DNA of 64,000 nucleotides from Candidatus Binatia bacterium (GCA_036390135.1 DASWCL010000294.1:11711-75710), one strand, 5' to 3'; shown: positions 46,725-57,486, numbered from the stretch's first letter. A program made the numbers and translations. The notes: generated by a model not told the origin, from the letters alone.

Positions 46725-48407
46725 ATGCGCAGTCATCTTAGGGAGCTTCTGACCCGCGCCGTCGAGAAGACGGCAGAAGGGGAAGCGCTCAACTCAACGG
46801 AGATCCCTCCTTTGCTTCTTGAGCCGCCGAAGCAGCGCGAGTTCGGCGACCTGGCGACAAATGTCGCCATGCTGTGGGCGAAGAGTGCGAAAAAGCCGCC
46901 GCGGGCGATCGCCGAGAAAATACTCGAAAACATCGAAGACCCAGACGGAGTTCTTGGGCGCAAGGAAATCGCGGGACCGGGATTTTTAAATTTCACCTTC
47001 GCGCCAAAATTTTATTACTCCCGACTGCGCGAGGTCGCAGCGGGAAAGAATGCGCGGCTCGATCTTGGCCAGGGTGAACGAGTTCAGGTCGAGTTCGCCA
47101 GCGTCAATCCCACCGGTCCGTTGCACGTCGGTCACGGCCGCGTCGCTGTGATCGGCGACGTGCTGGCGCGCTTGCATGAGGCGACAGGCTTTAACGTCGA
47201 GCGCGAATATTATGTCAACGACGCCGGCAATCAGATGGAAAACCTCGGGCTTTCCATCATGGCGCGCTACCGCGAGGCATTCGGTGAGAAAGCTGATTTT
47301 CCCGAAGGCGGTTATCCGGGCGATTACGTCAAAGAGATTGCCGCCGAGATCAAACGACAGTACGGTGACAAATATCTCAATCACGACCGCGAAACAGCGC
47401 TGAAGTTTTTCAGCGCGCACGGCGGTGACGCGCTGCTGAACACGATCCGCGGGCAGCTGCGCGATTTCGGAATTACCTTCGATTCGTTCTTCAGCGAAAA
47501 GGCCATGCGCGAGCGAAGCGAGGTCACGCAGTCGATGGAGTTGTTACGAGCCCGCGGCTTGCTCTATGCCCAGGACGGCGCCGAATGGTACCGCTCCACG
47601 CAATTCGGCGACGACAAGGATCGCACGGTCGTCAAAAGCGACGGCGAGCTGACTTATTTCGCCAGTGATATCGCGTATCATCGGAACAAGCTTGAGCGCA
47701 AATTCGACAAGCTGATCAATGTCTGGGGCGCGGATCATCACGGCTACGTGCCGCGCTTGAAGGCCGCGCTGGAGGGCCTCGGTTATGAGCCGAATCTCCT
47801 GCGGGTCGTATTGGTGCAAATGGTTCAGCTCACGCGCGGCGGCGAGCCGGTGCGCATGGGCAAGCGCACCGGCGAATTCGTTGCGCTCGAAGAAGTGTTA
47901 GAAGAAGTGGGGCGGGACGCGGCGCGATTCTTTTTTTTGATGCGCAAATCGGACAGCCATCTCGACTTCGACTTGGATCTTGCCAAGAAACAGTCCAGCG
48001 AGAACCCGGTGTTCTACGTGCAATATGCGCACGCGCGGGTCGCCAGCATTTTCGAACAAGCGGCAAAAAGCGGCGTGGCGCTGGGCGAGCGCGGCGCAGT
48101 CGCGGTGGAGCGACTGGAGCTCACCGAGGAACTCGAATTGATCCGCAAAATGATTCAGTTCGACGATGTCTTGGAAGAAAGCGTGCGCGACCTCGAGCCG
48201 CATCGCGTGGTTTTTTACCTGTTGGATCTGGCGGGCGAATTCCATCGCTACTATAACCGTCATCGGGTGATTTCCGAGGATGCCGAGTTGAGCCGAGCGC
48301 GCTTGTTGTTGATTGAAAGCGTGCAGAAAACCGTTCGCCGGGGGCTGGAAATCCTGGGCGTCGATGCGCCCATGAAAATGGCGGCCCGCCCGGAAGTCGA
48401 TATTTGA
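46725..48407 (+). CDS. argS: arginine--tRNA ligase (start at internal ATG; ORF track extends to a TTG at 46659)
   Basis: Class I aaRS HVGH motif (NPTGPLHVGHGR), KMSKS-like MGKRTG, anticodon-binding DALR domain. Confidence 0.93.
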   Translation: MRSHLRELLTRAVEKTAEGEALNSTEIPPLLLEPPKQREFGDLATNVAMLWAKSAKKPPRAIAEKILENIEDPDGVLGRKEIAGPGFLNFTFAPKFYYSRLREVAAGKNARLDLGQGERVQVEFASVNPTGPLHVGHGRVAVIGDVLARLHEATGFNVEREYYVNDAGNQMENLGLSIMARYREAFGEKADFPEGGYPGDYVKEIAAEIKRQYGDKYLNHDRETALKFFSAHGGDALLNTIRGQLRDFGITFDSFFSEKAMRERSEVTQSMELLRARGLLYAQDGAEWYRSTQFGDDKDRTVVKSDGELTYFASDIAYHRNKLERKFDKLINVWGADHHGYVPRLKAALEGLGYEPNLLRVVLVQMVQLTRGGEPVRMGKRTGEFVALEEVLEEVGRDAARFFFLMRKSDSHLDFDLDLAKKQSSENPVFYVQYAHARVASIFEQAAKSGVALGERGAVAVERLELTEELELIRKMIQFDDVLEESVRDLEPHRVVFYLLDLAGEFHRYYNRHRVISEDAELSRARLLLIESVQKTVRRGLEILGVDAPMKMAARPEVDI

Positions 48408-48438
48408 AAAATCGCCCCAGGGGCGCGAGGAAGGATTC

Positions 48439-49149
48439 ATGGCGGAAAATCGCAGAGGCAAGGAAAATCGGTTCTACTTTAGTCGCGGTCAGATGGTACT
48501 CCTTGGCGGCGCGTTCACGCTGGCGTCGCTGGTGATCTTTATCCTTGGGATCTTTGTCGGCAAAGGGATTGAAGAAAGAAAGTTAGTAAAAAGGGAAGAG
48601 CCGCTGGTCAAGATTCCGGTAAAACCGGGCGCTCAGGAATCCAGCGCGGCGGCGACGCCCCAAGCCAAAGATGAGATCACCTTCAATGATTCTCTTCCTC
48701 CAGTCGGCGGAACGGTAGCGTTGGCGGAAGAAAAACCCAAAGAGACAAAGGCGGCGGAAAAAGTCGCAGCGCAGGAAGTCAAAGAAAAAACCATTCCGCT
48801 AAAGCCCGAAGCGCTCCCTGCCAAAGTGGCCGAGAAGAATGTTGAAAAAGTTGCGCTCGCGGAAAATGCCCCGAAGAAGACCGACTCTGCGCCTGGTGAT
48901 ACCAAGGAGCTAGGCAAAACCTGGCGCGCGCAGGTCAACGCCTACCCCGATGATCGCTCGGCGAAACAGATTGTTGATCGGCTCAAGAATAAGGGCTACA
49001 ACGCGTATGTTACCGAGGTGCAAAATCGTGGCAAGACGTGGTACCGCGTGAGCGTGGGCAAGTATACGTCGCACGATGAGGCGGACAAGGTCGCCGAATT
49101 GCTGCGCGGCAAGGAAAATTTTCCGAAGACGTTTGTCGCGAGCAGATGA
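48439..49149 (+). CDS. SPOR-domain membrane protein (DedD/FtsN-like)
   Basis: N-terminal TM helix, Lys/Glu/Ala/Pro-rich linker, C-terminal SPOR fold (WRAQVNAYPDDRSAKQIVDRLKNKGYNAYV...WYRVSVGKY). Confidence 0.75.
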   Translation: MAENRRGKENRFYFSRGQMVLLGGAFTLASLVIFILGIFVGKGIEERKLVKREEPLVKIPVKPGAQESSAAATPQAKDEITFNDSLPPVGGTVALAEEKPKETKAAEKVAAQEVKEKTIPLKPEALPAKVAEKNVEKVALAENAPKKTDSAPGDTKELGKTWRAQVNAYPDDRSAKQIVDRLKNKGYNAYVTEVQNRGKTWYRVSVGKYTSHDEADKVAELLRGKENFPKTFVASR

Positions 49150-49165
49150 CCCCAAGAAAATCCGC

Positions 49166-50182
49166 ATGACTATTCGCGAAGCGATAGAGAAATTGGTGAA
49201 TCGAATCAATCTTTCCGAAGCGGAAACGATTGAGGTGATGAATCAAATCATGACCGGTGAAGCTTCGCCGCTCCAGGTCGCGGCTTTTCTCACCGCGCTG
49301 CGGATGAAAGGCGAAACCGTCGAAGAAATCACCGGGGCGGCGCGCGTGATGCGCGAGAAAGCACACCGGGTGAACGTCGGAGCGAAAACCGTGCTCGATA
49401 CCTGCGGCACGGGCGGCGATCAGAAAGGAACTTTTAACATCTCGACGACCGCGGCGTTCGTTTTAGCCGGCGCCGGCGTTAACGTCGCCAAGCATGGCAA
49501 CCGATCGGTCTCCAGCCAGTCCGGCAGCGCCGACGTGTTGGGCGCTTTGGGAGTCAAAGTCGACGCGCCCAAGGAGCGGGTCGAGCAGTGCATCGCTAGG
49601 ATCGGCATCGGATTTCTGTTCGCGCCGTTGCTTCATGAGGCGATGAAGTACGCGGTGCAGCCGCGCCGCGATATCGGGATTCGTACGATCTTCAATATTT
49701 TAGGTCCGCTCACCAATCCGGCCATGGCAACCCACCAGCTGATCGGCATTTATAGCGGCGAGATGGTGGGAGTGATCGCGCGGGTGCTCAAGAACCTCGG
49801 GAGCGCGCGCGCGATGGTGGTACACGGGTTGGAGGGTCTCGACGAAATTTCCCTGTGCGGTCCGACGAAAGTCGCCGAGCTGCGCGATGGTGAGGTGAAA
49901 GAATACTGTGTCGAGCCGGAGCAATTTGGCTTGAAGCGTTGCCGTCTGGAAGAATTGCACGGCGGCAATCCGGAACAGAGCGCGGTGATCGTGCGGGGTA
50001 TCTTGGCAGGCGGGAAAGGTTCGACCCGAGATGTGGTTTTGCTCAACAGCGGCGCTGCGCTCTGCGTCAGCGGTAAGGCCGCGACGATCGAGGACGGAAT
50101 CCGGCTCGCTGCCGAGTCCATCGATTCGGGCCAAGCGCGGCAGAAACTTGCCCAGCTGGTCGAAATGACCAACGCCGCGTAG
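49166..50182 (+). CDS. trpD: anthranilate phosphoribosyltransferase (true start internal to the 49076 ORF)
   Basis: MTIREAIEKLV...; GTGGD, NPAMA motifs. Confidence 0.93.
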   Translation: MTIREAIEKLVNRINLSEAETIEVMNQIMTGEASPLQVAAFLTALRMKGETVEEITGAARVMREKAHRVNVGAKTVLDTCGTGGDQKGTFNISTTAAFVLAGAGVNVAKHGNRSVSSQSGSADVLGALGVKVDAPKERVEQCIARIGIGFLFAPLLHEAMKYAVQPRRDIGIRTIFNILGPLTNPAMATHQLIGIYSGEMVGVIARVLKNLGSARAMVVHGLEGLDEISLCGPTKVAELRDGEVKEYCVEPEQFGLKRCRLEELHGGNPEQSAVIVRGILAGGKGSTRDVVLLNSGAALCVSGKAATIEDGIRLAAESIDSGQARQKLAQLVEMTNAA

Positions 50183-50188
50183 CTTTGC

Positions 50189-50968
50189 ATGGCCGAGATT
50201 CTCGCCAACATCGGTGAGCATGTGCGCGCCGTCGTCGAGCGGCGGCGTCGCGAGAGGTCGCTTGAAGCTTTACGCGACCGGCCGCTATTCAATGTTCCGA
50301 CTCGAGGGTTCGCACGCACTTTAACTGGCAACACGCGGCGAATCATCGCCGAGATTAAGAAAGCCTCGCCGTCGAAAGGGCTCATTCGCGCTGACTTTGA
50401 TCCAGTGTCGATGGCCAAGGACTATGCCGCGCACGGCGCCAGCGCGATTTCCGTTTTAACCGAGGAACGCTTTTTTCAGGGCAGTTTGGATTCTCTCGAA
50501 CAGATTCATGGTGCGGTGACCGTGCCGTTGTTGCGCAAGGATTTCATGCTCGATCCGTACCAGATCGTCGAGGCCAAGAGCTACGGCGCTGATGCCGTGC
50601 TGTTCATCGTGGCGATGCTCGATCCGGGATTAATGGGTGAATTGCACGAACAAGCGGTTTCACTATCATTGGATACTTTATTCGAGGTGCACTCGGAGAA
50701 AGAATTGGAGTCCGCCGTCGCCGCCGGAGCGCAGCTGATCGGCATTAATAACCGCGACCTCAAAACCTTTGAAGTGAGCCTTTCGACCACCGAACGGCTG
50801 GCGCCGCTGGTTCCCGCCGGCATGCTCGCTGTGTGCGAGAGCGGCATCGATAGTACGGATCACATTCGTCGCGTGGAAAGACTCGGCGTCCATGCTTTTT
50901 TGATCGGCGAAGCGCTGATGCGTGCACCGGCGCCGGGAAAAAAGCTGGCGAAATTATTGGAGAACTGA
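50189..50968 (+). CDS. trpC: indole-3-glycerol phosphate synthase
   Basis: 259 aa, (beta/alpha)8 IGPS motifs (EIKKASPSKG, FLIGEALM). Confidence 0.93.
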   Translation: MAEILANIGEHVRAVVERRRRERSLEALRDRPLFNVPTRGFARTLTGNTRRIIAEIKKASPSKGLIRADFDPVSMAKDYAAHGASAISVLTEERFFQGSLDSLEQIHGAVTVPLLRKDFMLDPYQIVEAKSYGADAVLFIVAMLDPGLMGELHEQAVSLSLDTLFEVHSEKELESAVAAGAQLIGINNRDLKTFEVSLSTTERLAPLVPAGMLAVCESGIDSTDHIRRVERLGVHAFLIGEALMRAPAPGKKLAKLLEN

Positions 50969-51005
50969 GCCCGGAGCCGGGCTCAGTTCTCAGCGCTGGT
51001 TACCC

Positions 51006-51635
51006 ATGGCGGTAAAAGTCAAAGTTTGCGGTATCACTACTCTAGCCGACGCAGAAAAGTCGCTTGAATTCGGCGCGGACATGCTCGGGTTTAACTTCTA
51101 CGCGCCGAGTCCGCGCTCGCTCACGCCGGAAAAAGCCCGTGAAATTATCGAGCAATTGCCGGCGGCGTCATTCAATGTAGCGCTGTTTGTTAATGACGCC
51201 AGGGAAAGAGTTTCGGCAGTGATTGCCGGGGGGCACCTCACCAATGGGCGACAGGCGTATCGCGGCTTGCAGTTTCATGGTGAAGAGAGCGCGGCTTATT
51301 GCCGTGGCTGGGGCATGAAGGTCATCAAAGCGTTTCGCCTCAAGGAAAAGTCGTCGCTCGCGGGTATGAGCGATTTTCCGGCGGATTTTTATCTGTTTGA
51401 TTCCTGGTCGGCGGGTTACGGCGGGTCGGGAGCCCCGTTTCCGTGGGAATGGATTGACGGTGTTGATGCGAGCAAGTTAATTCTCTCGGGCGGGCTCGGC
51501 GTGGAAAACGTCATCGAGGCGATCAAGCGAATCCAACCCTTTGGGGTCGACGTTTGTAGTGGCGTGGAATCGCGTCCGGGTATTAAGGATCATGGCAAAC
51601 TCAAAGAATTTATCATTGCCGCCAAGGGTGCCTGA
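51006..51635 (+). CDS. trpF: phosphoribosylanthranilate isomerase (true start internal to the 50922 ORF)
   Basis: [16 protein letters not shown]... Confidence 0.9.
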   Translation: MAVKVKVCGITTLADAEKSLEFGADMLGFNFYAPSPRSLTPEKAREIIEQLPAASFNVALFVNDARERVSAVIAGGHLTNGRQAYRGLQFHGEESAAYCRGWGMKVIKAFRLKEKSSLAGMSDFPADFYLFDSWSAGYGGSGAPFPWEWIDGVDASKLILSGGLGVENVIEAIKRIQPFGVDVCSGVESRPGIKDHGKLKEFIIAAKGA

Positions 51636-52812
51636 CCGGCGCGGCCATTTCGGTCCCTACGGGGGTCGCTACGTCGCCGAGACCTTGATGCCGGCGCTTG
51701 CCGAACTCGAGACGGCTTACGCGAAAGCGCGCCGCGATGCCGGCTTTCGGAAAGAATTTCACTTCTATCTGTGCGACTATGCCGGGCGCGAAACGCCACT
51801 TTATTTTGCCGAGCGCTTGACCGAGAAGATCGGCGGGGCAAGGGTTTATCTCAAACGTGAGGACTTGTGTCACACTGGCGCGCACAAGATCAACAACACC
51901 ATCGGGCAGATCCTGCTCGCCCGCCGCATGGGCAAACAGCGCATCATCGCCGAAACCGGTGCGGGCCAACACGGTGTGGCGACGGCAACGGTGGCGGCGC
52001 GATTCGGCTTGACGTGCGAGATTTTCATGGGCAAGGAAGACGTCAAGCGGCAATCGCTGAACGTCTTTCGCATGAAGCTACTCGGCGCCAAGGTGCGGGT
52101 CGTGGAAGCCGGAAGCCAGACCCTCAAAGACGCCATGAACGAAGCGCTGCGCGATTGGGTGACCAACGTGCGCAGCACGTATTATCTCATCGGCTCGGTC
52201 GCGGGGCCGCATCCGTATCCGATGATGGTGCGCAATTTTCAATCGGTTATCGGTCGCGAGGCGCGCCGCCAGATTCTCAAAAAGGAGGGGAGGCTGCCGG
52301 ATTATCTCGTCGCCTGCGTTGGCGGCGGCAGCAATTCGATGGGTCTTTTCTATCCGTTTGTCCGCGACCTCAAGGTCAAAATGCTCGGCGTCGAAGCGGC
52401 CGGACACGGCATTCCTTCCGGAAAACATTCGGCATCGATCCTCGGTGGCGCGGTGGGCGTGCTCCATGGCAGCAAAAGCTACGTGTTGCAGAATGAACGG
52501 GGTCAGATCACGGAAACTCATTCGATCGCAGCGGGGTTGGATTATCCGGGAGTCGGTCCGGAACTGAGCTACTTGCGTGACTCGGGCAGAGTTGAATTCG
52601 ACTCGGCGACGGATCGCGAAGCGATCGCGGCGATCAAATTGCTCGCCGAGGTCGAAGGTATTATTCCCGCGCTCGAAAGCGCTCATGCGATCGCCGTGGT
52701 GACAAAACTGGCTCGCCATTTGAGCAAACGACAGATCGTCATCGTTAATCTTTCCGGCCGGGGCGACAAGGATATGATGACCGTCGGCGAGTATCTTGGA
52801 GTTAAACTCTAA
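51592..52812 (+). CDS. trpB: tryptophan synthase beta chain (start uncertain; a GTG at about 51628 would reduce the overlap with trpF)
   Basis: [20 protein letters not shown] (PLP lysine), GGGSNS motifs. Confidence 0.93.
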   Translation: MANSKNLSLPPRVPDRRGHFGPYGGRYVAETLMPALAELETAYAKARRDAGFRKEFHFYLCDYAGRETPLYFAERLTEKIGGARVYLKREDLCHTGAHKINNTIGQILLARRMGKQRIIAETGAGQHGVATATVAARFGLTCEIFMGKEDVKRQSLNVFRMKLLGAKVRVVEAGSQTLKDAMNEALRDWVTNVRSTYYLIGSVAGPHPYPMMVRNFQSVIGREARRQILKKEGRLPDYLVACVGGGSNSMGLFYPFVRDLKVKMLGVEAAGHGIPSGKHSASILGGAVGVLHGSKSYVLQNERGQITETHSIAAGLDYPGVGPELSYLRDSGRVEFDSATDREAIAAIKLLAEVEGIIPALESAHAIAVVTKLARHLSKRQIVIVNLSGRGDKDMMTVGEYLGVKL

Positions 52813-52817
52813 AAAAT

Positions 52818-52911
52818 AGTTCAAAGGTTTAAAGGTTCAAAGTTCAAAAACGATCCGAAATGGTTCCTTTGAACGTTTGAACGGTTGAACTTTTGAACGA
52901 CTATCTTGAAC
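52818..52911. repeat. AT-rich inverted array of GTTCAAA / TTTGAAC heptamers in the trpB-trpA spacer
   Basis: About 4 GTTCAAA-like units followed by about 5 TTTGAAC units around a ~19-nt centre; can fold into a long segmented hairpin. Confidence 0.6.
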
Positions 52912-52912
52912 C

Positions 52913-53725
52913 ATGAGCCGTATCGAGAATAAATTTGCTGAATTGAAACAACACGGCGAAGCGGCGTTGATTCCCTTTATCACCGCCGGGGATCCCGACC
53001 TCGACACGACACTCAAGATCATGAGAGCGCTTGCTGAAAGCGGCGCGGATTGCATCGAGCTCGGCATTCCGTTTTCCGATCCGACTGCGGACGGCCCGAC
53101 GATTCAAAGATCTTCCGAGCGCGCGCTCAAACGGCCGGTTTCTTTGGCGGCGATTTTTCGCGTGGTGCGAAAGTTTCGCGAAATCTCCGAAGTCCCGGTG
53201 GTGCTGTTTGGTTACTTCAATCCGTTTTTTTGCTTCGGCCTGGAGAAATTTGCTCGCCAAGCCGCCGACTCAGGCGCGGACGGGGTGCTCTGCGTCGATC
53301 TGCCGCCGGAAGAAAGCGCCGAGCTAAGGCGCTGGACCGATGCCGTTGGATTGGATTTGATTTTTCTCCTGTCGCCCACCAGCGATGCGGCACGCATCGA
53401 GCTGGTTGGACGCGCCAGCCGAGGCTTTGTTTATTATGTTTCGGTGACCGGCGTGACCGGCGCACGCCGGTCGTTCGACGACAAGCTGCGCGCACAAGTG
53501 GCGCGTGTGCGCCGGGCTACGTCGCTGCCCGTGGGCGTCGGCTTCGGTATCTCGACGCCGCAGCAGGCGGCTTGGATCGCCGGCTTCGCTGATGCAGCCG
53601 TGGTGGGCAGCGCGCTGGTGGAAAGAATTGAAAGAACCGAGGGGAACAACAACAAGGCCAAGCAGGCGGGAGTCTTCGTGGGTCAACTCAAGCGGGCGTT
53701 GAAGCAGGCGGCTCGCTCCGCTTAA
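52913..53725 (+). CDS. trpA: tryptophan synthase alpha chain
   Basis: 270 aa, AALIPFITAGDP, GADCIELGIPFSDP. Confidence 0.93.
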   Translation: MSRIENKFAELKQHGEAALIPFITAGDPDLDTTLKIMRALAESGADCIELGIPFSDPTADGPTIQRSSERALKRPVSLAAIFRVVRKFREISEVPVVLFGYFNPFFCFGLEKFARQAADSGADGVLCVDLPPEESAELRRWTDAVGLDLIFLLSPTSDAARIELVGRASRGFVYYVSVTGVTGARRSFDDKLRAQVARVRRATSLPVGVGFGISTPQQAAWIAGFADAAVVGSALVERIERTEGNNNKAKQAGVFVGQLKRALKQAARSA

Positions 53726-53792
53726 CTCTGGACCGGCGACCCATTGAGTGGCAGCTCCGCCATCGATTCTCACCAAAGCAGGCACGTGCCGC

Positions 53793-55103
53793 ATGGATCG
53801 TTATTCCGAGACTCTAGAGAAAATTTTCAATCTACGCGGCGGTGTGATCGATCTGCGCCTCGATCGCATGAATAACGCGTTGGGGCTGTTCGGCCATCCG
53901 GAAAATGACTTTCGCTCCATTCATATTGCCGGCACCAACGGCAAGGGATCAACCGCCGCCATGTTACACAATATGTTGTCGCTGGCCGGTCATCGAACCG
54001 CGCTATATACCTCGCCTCATTTGGTTTCTTTTACCGAACGCATTCGCATCGGTGACGAGGAGATCACCGAGGGTGACGTGGTCTCGCTTGCCGACGAGAT
54101 CGGGCGGCAAACCGCTGCAGCCAACGTCGTACTGACGTTTTTCGAATTTATCACCGTGATGGCTATGGTTTATTTTGCCCGCCGTGAGGTTGAGGTCGCG
54201 GTTGTCGAAGTCGGTTTGGGCGGCAGACTCGACGCTACAAACGTGCTCACTCCACTCGTCTCGGTCGTGACGACCATTTCCAAGGATCACGAGGCGTATC
54301 TCGGGCCCGATGAACTGTCCATCGCTCGTGAAAAGGGCGGGATTATCAAGCCCGGCGTACCGGTTGTTTGTGGCAAAGTCTCGGAACCAGTCTCCGATCT
54401 GCTGCGACACATCGCCCTCGAACGGCAGTCTGCCGCCTACCGCCTCGGCAAGAATTTTAGTTTTTTCTTGAAAAATGACGGCCTTTTCGATTATACAGGC
54501 ATAAAAGAGCATTATTCAAACTTGCAGCTGGGGCTGCGCGGGCGTCATCAGCGCGCCAATGCTGCGCTGGCTTTGGCGACGTTAGAATTAGTCCAAGAGC
54601 GATATCCCGTGAGCGAGGACGCTCTGCGCCAAGGTTTACAAACAGTTCATTGGCCGGGGCGGCTGGAGTTTATGTTAGAGCGTCCGACGGTCATCTTGGA
54701 CGGCGCCCATAATCCGGAAGGTATTCGGGCGCTGGTAGACGAACTCAACGATTGGCACCATGGACGCAAGATCACGCTTCTGTTTGCAACCATGGCCGAC
54801 AAGGAATGGGAGTTAATGTTGCGCGCGGTGACGAAGGCTGTCGATGAGGTGGTGTTTACCCGCGTGAATATGGAACGCAGCGCCGACCCACTTGGATTGG
54901 CCGAGAAAATGCGTGAACCGATTCCCCATCGTGTGATGCAGAACTCCCGGCTTGCCTTGCGTACTCTTCTTACCGAAGCCGAGCCCAACGACGTCATCGT
55001 CGTAGCCGGTTCCCTCTATCTGCTCGGCGAAGTACGTCCCCTGCTCGCCGATATCGCGAGCGCTCAAGCGGTGCCAGGCGGCCCCGTCAATTCGCCCATT
55101 TGA
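53793..55103 (+). CDS. folC: bifunctional folylpolyglutamate synthase/dihydrofolate synthase (true start internal to the 53748 ORF)
   Basis: Mur-ligase P-loop HIAGTNGKGST. Confidence 0.9.
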   Translation: MDRYSETLEKIFNLRGGVIDLRLDRMNNALGLFGHPENDFRSIHIAGTNGKGSTAAMLHNMLSLAGHRTALYTSPHLVSFTERIRIGDEEITEGDVVSLADEIGRQTAAANVVLTFFEFITVMAMVYFARREVEVAVVEVGLGGRLDATNVLTPLVSVVTTISKDHEAYLGPDELSIAREKGGIIKPGVPVVCGKVSEPVSDLLRHIALERQSAAYRLGKNFSFFLKNDGLFDYTGIKEHYSNLQLGLRGRHQRANAALALATLELVQERYPVSEDALRQGLQTVHWPGRLEFMLERPTVILDGAHNPEGIRALVDELNDWHHGRKITLLFATMADKEWELMLRAVTKAVDEVVFTRVNMERSADPLGLAEKMREPIPHRVMQNSRLALRTLLTEAEPNDVIVVAGSLYLLGEVRPLLADIASAQAVPGGPVNSPI

Positions 55104-57463
55104 TCAGCACCAAGATGAGACGCGAAACCGGCTTCTACGTTTTGCTGTTCATGACAGCGGTCTTGGCCCTCGGCGAACTTGGCCAAGCAGCGCAGGTGAT
55201 CCCCCGAGGCGCGCCCGGGACAACCAACGAAATCAACGTGACGGCGGATAAACTGTCGACCGGCGACGGCTCGAACCAGATCGAAGCTACGGGCAATGTC
55301 GAGGTCAAGCGCGAAGGAATGACCCTCAAAGCCGATGAAGTCCGGGTCAATCGCGAAACCCAGGATATCGAGGCCAAAGGCAAAGTCAGCGTCGACGATC
55401 CTGAGTGGAAGGTTAAATCGGCAGACTCGCTCCAGATGAACATGGAAAAAGAAATCGGCGAGATTCAGGACAGCGATCTTTTTCTCGAGGAGGGGCATAT
55501 CAGCATGCAGGGCCGCCGGTTTCAAAAACTTGGCGGCCAAACCTACCACGTCGATGACGGTTTTTTTACCACCTGTCTGTGCGAGAGCGGCGCGCCATCG
55601 TGGAAGTTTTACGCCGAACAAATGGATCTCTCGCTCGACGGCGTGGGCACGATCAAGAACGGCTATTTCTATATTTGGGATGTCCCGGTAATGTATTTGC
55701 CGTACGGTTTTTTTCCGCTGCGCACCGAAAGACAGACTGGATTCCTTTTTCCTCAGTTTGGCCAATCAACTAAAGAAGGTTTCAGGTTCCTTCAGCCGTT
55801 CTTTTGGGCGATCTCTAAGAGCACCGACGCCACCGTCAAGTTGGACATCGAAACACGCGCCCGAGCCGGCTTCATCGGCGAATTTCGCACGATATTTGAC
55901 CGCGATTCGGATTTTAGAATCGAGAGCTCCTACTTCAACGAATCTTGGCGAAAAAACGCGCAAGACGCTGTGGTCGATAAAACCATCGCGGATCCAACCA
56001 TTCCGAAAGACCGCTGGAGCCTTATTGGCACGCACCGATATTCCCTTAGTTCCGACTGGCTCACCTATAGTGATTTCGCGGTCTACCGGGATGATCTGTT
56101 CACTCGTGAATTGGTCGATCGTTTCGATCTACCCGGTAGCCAGGAATCAGACATTCAGCGCAGCCGTTTTGGTGAATCACGCTTCGGTTTGTTTAGGAAT
56201 TGGGGCGATACGTTTGTCAAGGGAGAGATGAAATTCTACCAGGACTTCATTCAGCCCGATAGCACAACTCTGCAGCGAACTCCGCAGGTCAGTTTTTGGG
56301 GAAGTCGCTTCCTGCCCAATTTTCCGCTCGAATTTCGCTGGCGGACGGAAGGCGTTAATTATATCAGGCGCGAAGGCGGTGATGGGCTGCGCCTTGACCT
56401 GAGGCCCGAGGCCGTCCTGCCATTTCAGCTGGCTTCACGGCTGTTCGGCTCGCTCAGCATGGCGCCGCGGGAGACGGTTTATCATCTTTATACGCCGGTC
56501 AAGTCTTCGGATCATAATTTGTCCCGCGAACTGATTGAGCTACGGGCAAACGTGAGTACCGGAATCAGCCGGGTTTTCGCCTTCAACGGTTTAGGATTGA
56601 GTCAAGTCAAACATGTGCTTGAGCCGGAGATAAGTTATCTGTTCGTGCCCGGGGTGAATCAAAGCCGTATCCCCATCATGGACGACGTCGATCGCATCAA
56701 TCGCCGCAACGTGTTGACTTTTGCTTTGTCCAATCGGTTCTGGGGCAAGAACGCCAGTGGCCTGGCGCCACCGGTCGATGATAGCAGCGTCGAACTGCTC
56801 AGTTCCGGTGTGGTTGGAGATATCCGCCAGATGGCATCGCTAAGGCTAGCAATGAACTACAACATTGATAAAGAACGCAAAGGCGGCGACAGTTTATCTG
56901 ATATTGACCTTAATTTGCATTTGATTCCGGTGCCTTACTTGGACATTCGTTTCGACGGCGGTATCGATCCGGGCGCCTGGCAAGTGAGCCAAGCGCGGTT
57001 GACTTTGGGCGTTTCCGACCCGCGTCCCATGCTGCACCGAGCGTTGGATGCAGATTTTAACCGGCCGAACACCATCAATCTTGGCTATCAGTTTCTACGC
57101 CACGGCCCCAATAGTTTTCTCGCCGATGATGCCAATATCGATCTTGATGCACCGGCGAATTGCGTGCGGCACCCACTCGACCCTCGTTGCCCCGGGACCG
57201 GCTTCGACAAGAACACGGTTGGCAACCTTAGCGGGAACTTGCTGTATCACCTCACCGACCATCTGCTGTTTAACTTCAGCAGTACCTACGACGTCCGGGA
57301 TACCCGATTCATCGGCTTTCGCGCGATCACCAAACTGCTTTCATTTTGTGAGTGCTGGACGGCGACTTTTGGCGTCAAGCATGACGTCAATCCTGCAAAG
57401 ACGAGCTTCAGCTTCGATTTCAGCTTGCTGGGATTGGGGAATTCAAAGAGCTCGCTGAAATGA
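55100..57463 (+). CDS. lptD: LPS-assembly outer-membrane protein LptD (OstA)
   Basis: Signal peptide, OstA N-terminal beta-jellyroll, large C-terminal beta-barrel; ATGA overlap with folC. Confidence 0.8.
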   Translation: MISTKMRRETGFYVLLFMTAVLALGELGQAAQVIPRGAPGTTNEINVTADKLSTGDGSNQIEATGNVEVKREGMTLKADEVRVNRETQDIEAKGKVSVDDPEWKVKSADSLQMNMEKEIGEIQDSDLFLEEGHISMQGRRFQKLGGQTYHVDDGFFTTCLCESGAPSWKFYAEQMDLSLDGVGTIKNGYFYIWDVPVMYLPYGFFPLRTERQTGFLFPQFGQSTKEGFRFLQPFFWAISKSTDATVKLDIETRARAGFIGEFRTIFDRDSDFRIESSYFNESWRKNAQDAVVDKTIADPTIPKDRWSLIGTHRYSLSSDWLTYSDFAVYRDDLFTRELVDRFDLPGSQESDIQRSRFGESRFGLFRNWGDTFVKGEMKFYQDFIQPDSTTLQRTPQVSFWGSRFLPNFPLEFRWRTEGVNYIRREGGDGLRLDLRPEAVLPFQLASRLFGSLSMAPRETVYHLYTPVKSSDHNLSRELIELRANVSTGISRVFAFNGLGLSQVKHVLEPEISYLFVPGVNQSRIPIMDDVDRINRRNVLTFALSNRFWGKNASGLAPPVDDSSVELLSSGVVGDIRQMASLRLAMNYNIDKERKGGDSLSDIDLNLHLIPVPYLDIRFDGGIDPGAWQVSQARLTLGVSDPRPMLHRALDADFNRPNTINLGYQFLRHGPNSFLADDANIDLDAPANCVRHPLDPRCPGTGFDKNTVGNLSGNLLYHLTDHLLFNFSSTYDVRDTRFIGFRAITKLLSFCECWTATFGVKHDVNPAKTSFSFDFSLLGLGNSKSSLK

Positions 57464-57486
57464 GCATCACCACGCTTTGAGGTCGA

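Noticed and set aside
50969-50987. GAGCCCGG-agc-CCGGGCTC hairpin right after the trpC stop
   Set aside because: No downstream U-tract and only 18 nt before trpF. More likely incidental GC palindrome than a terminator.
51592-51635. 44-nt overlap between trpF and trpB
   Set aside because: Probably an artefact of choosing the first ATG. An in-frame GTG near 51628 with a weak RBS gives a conventional short overlap. Not a programmed feature.
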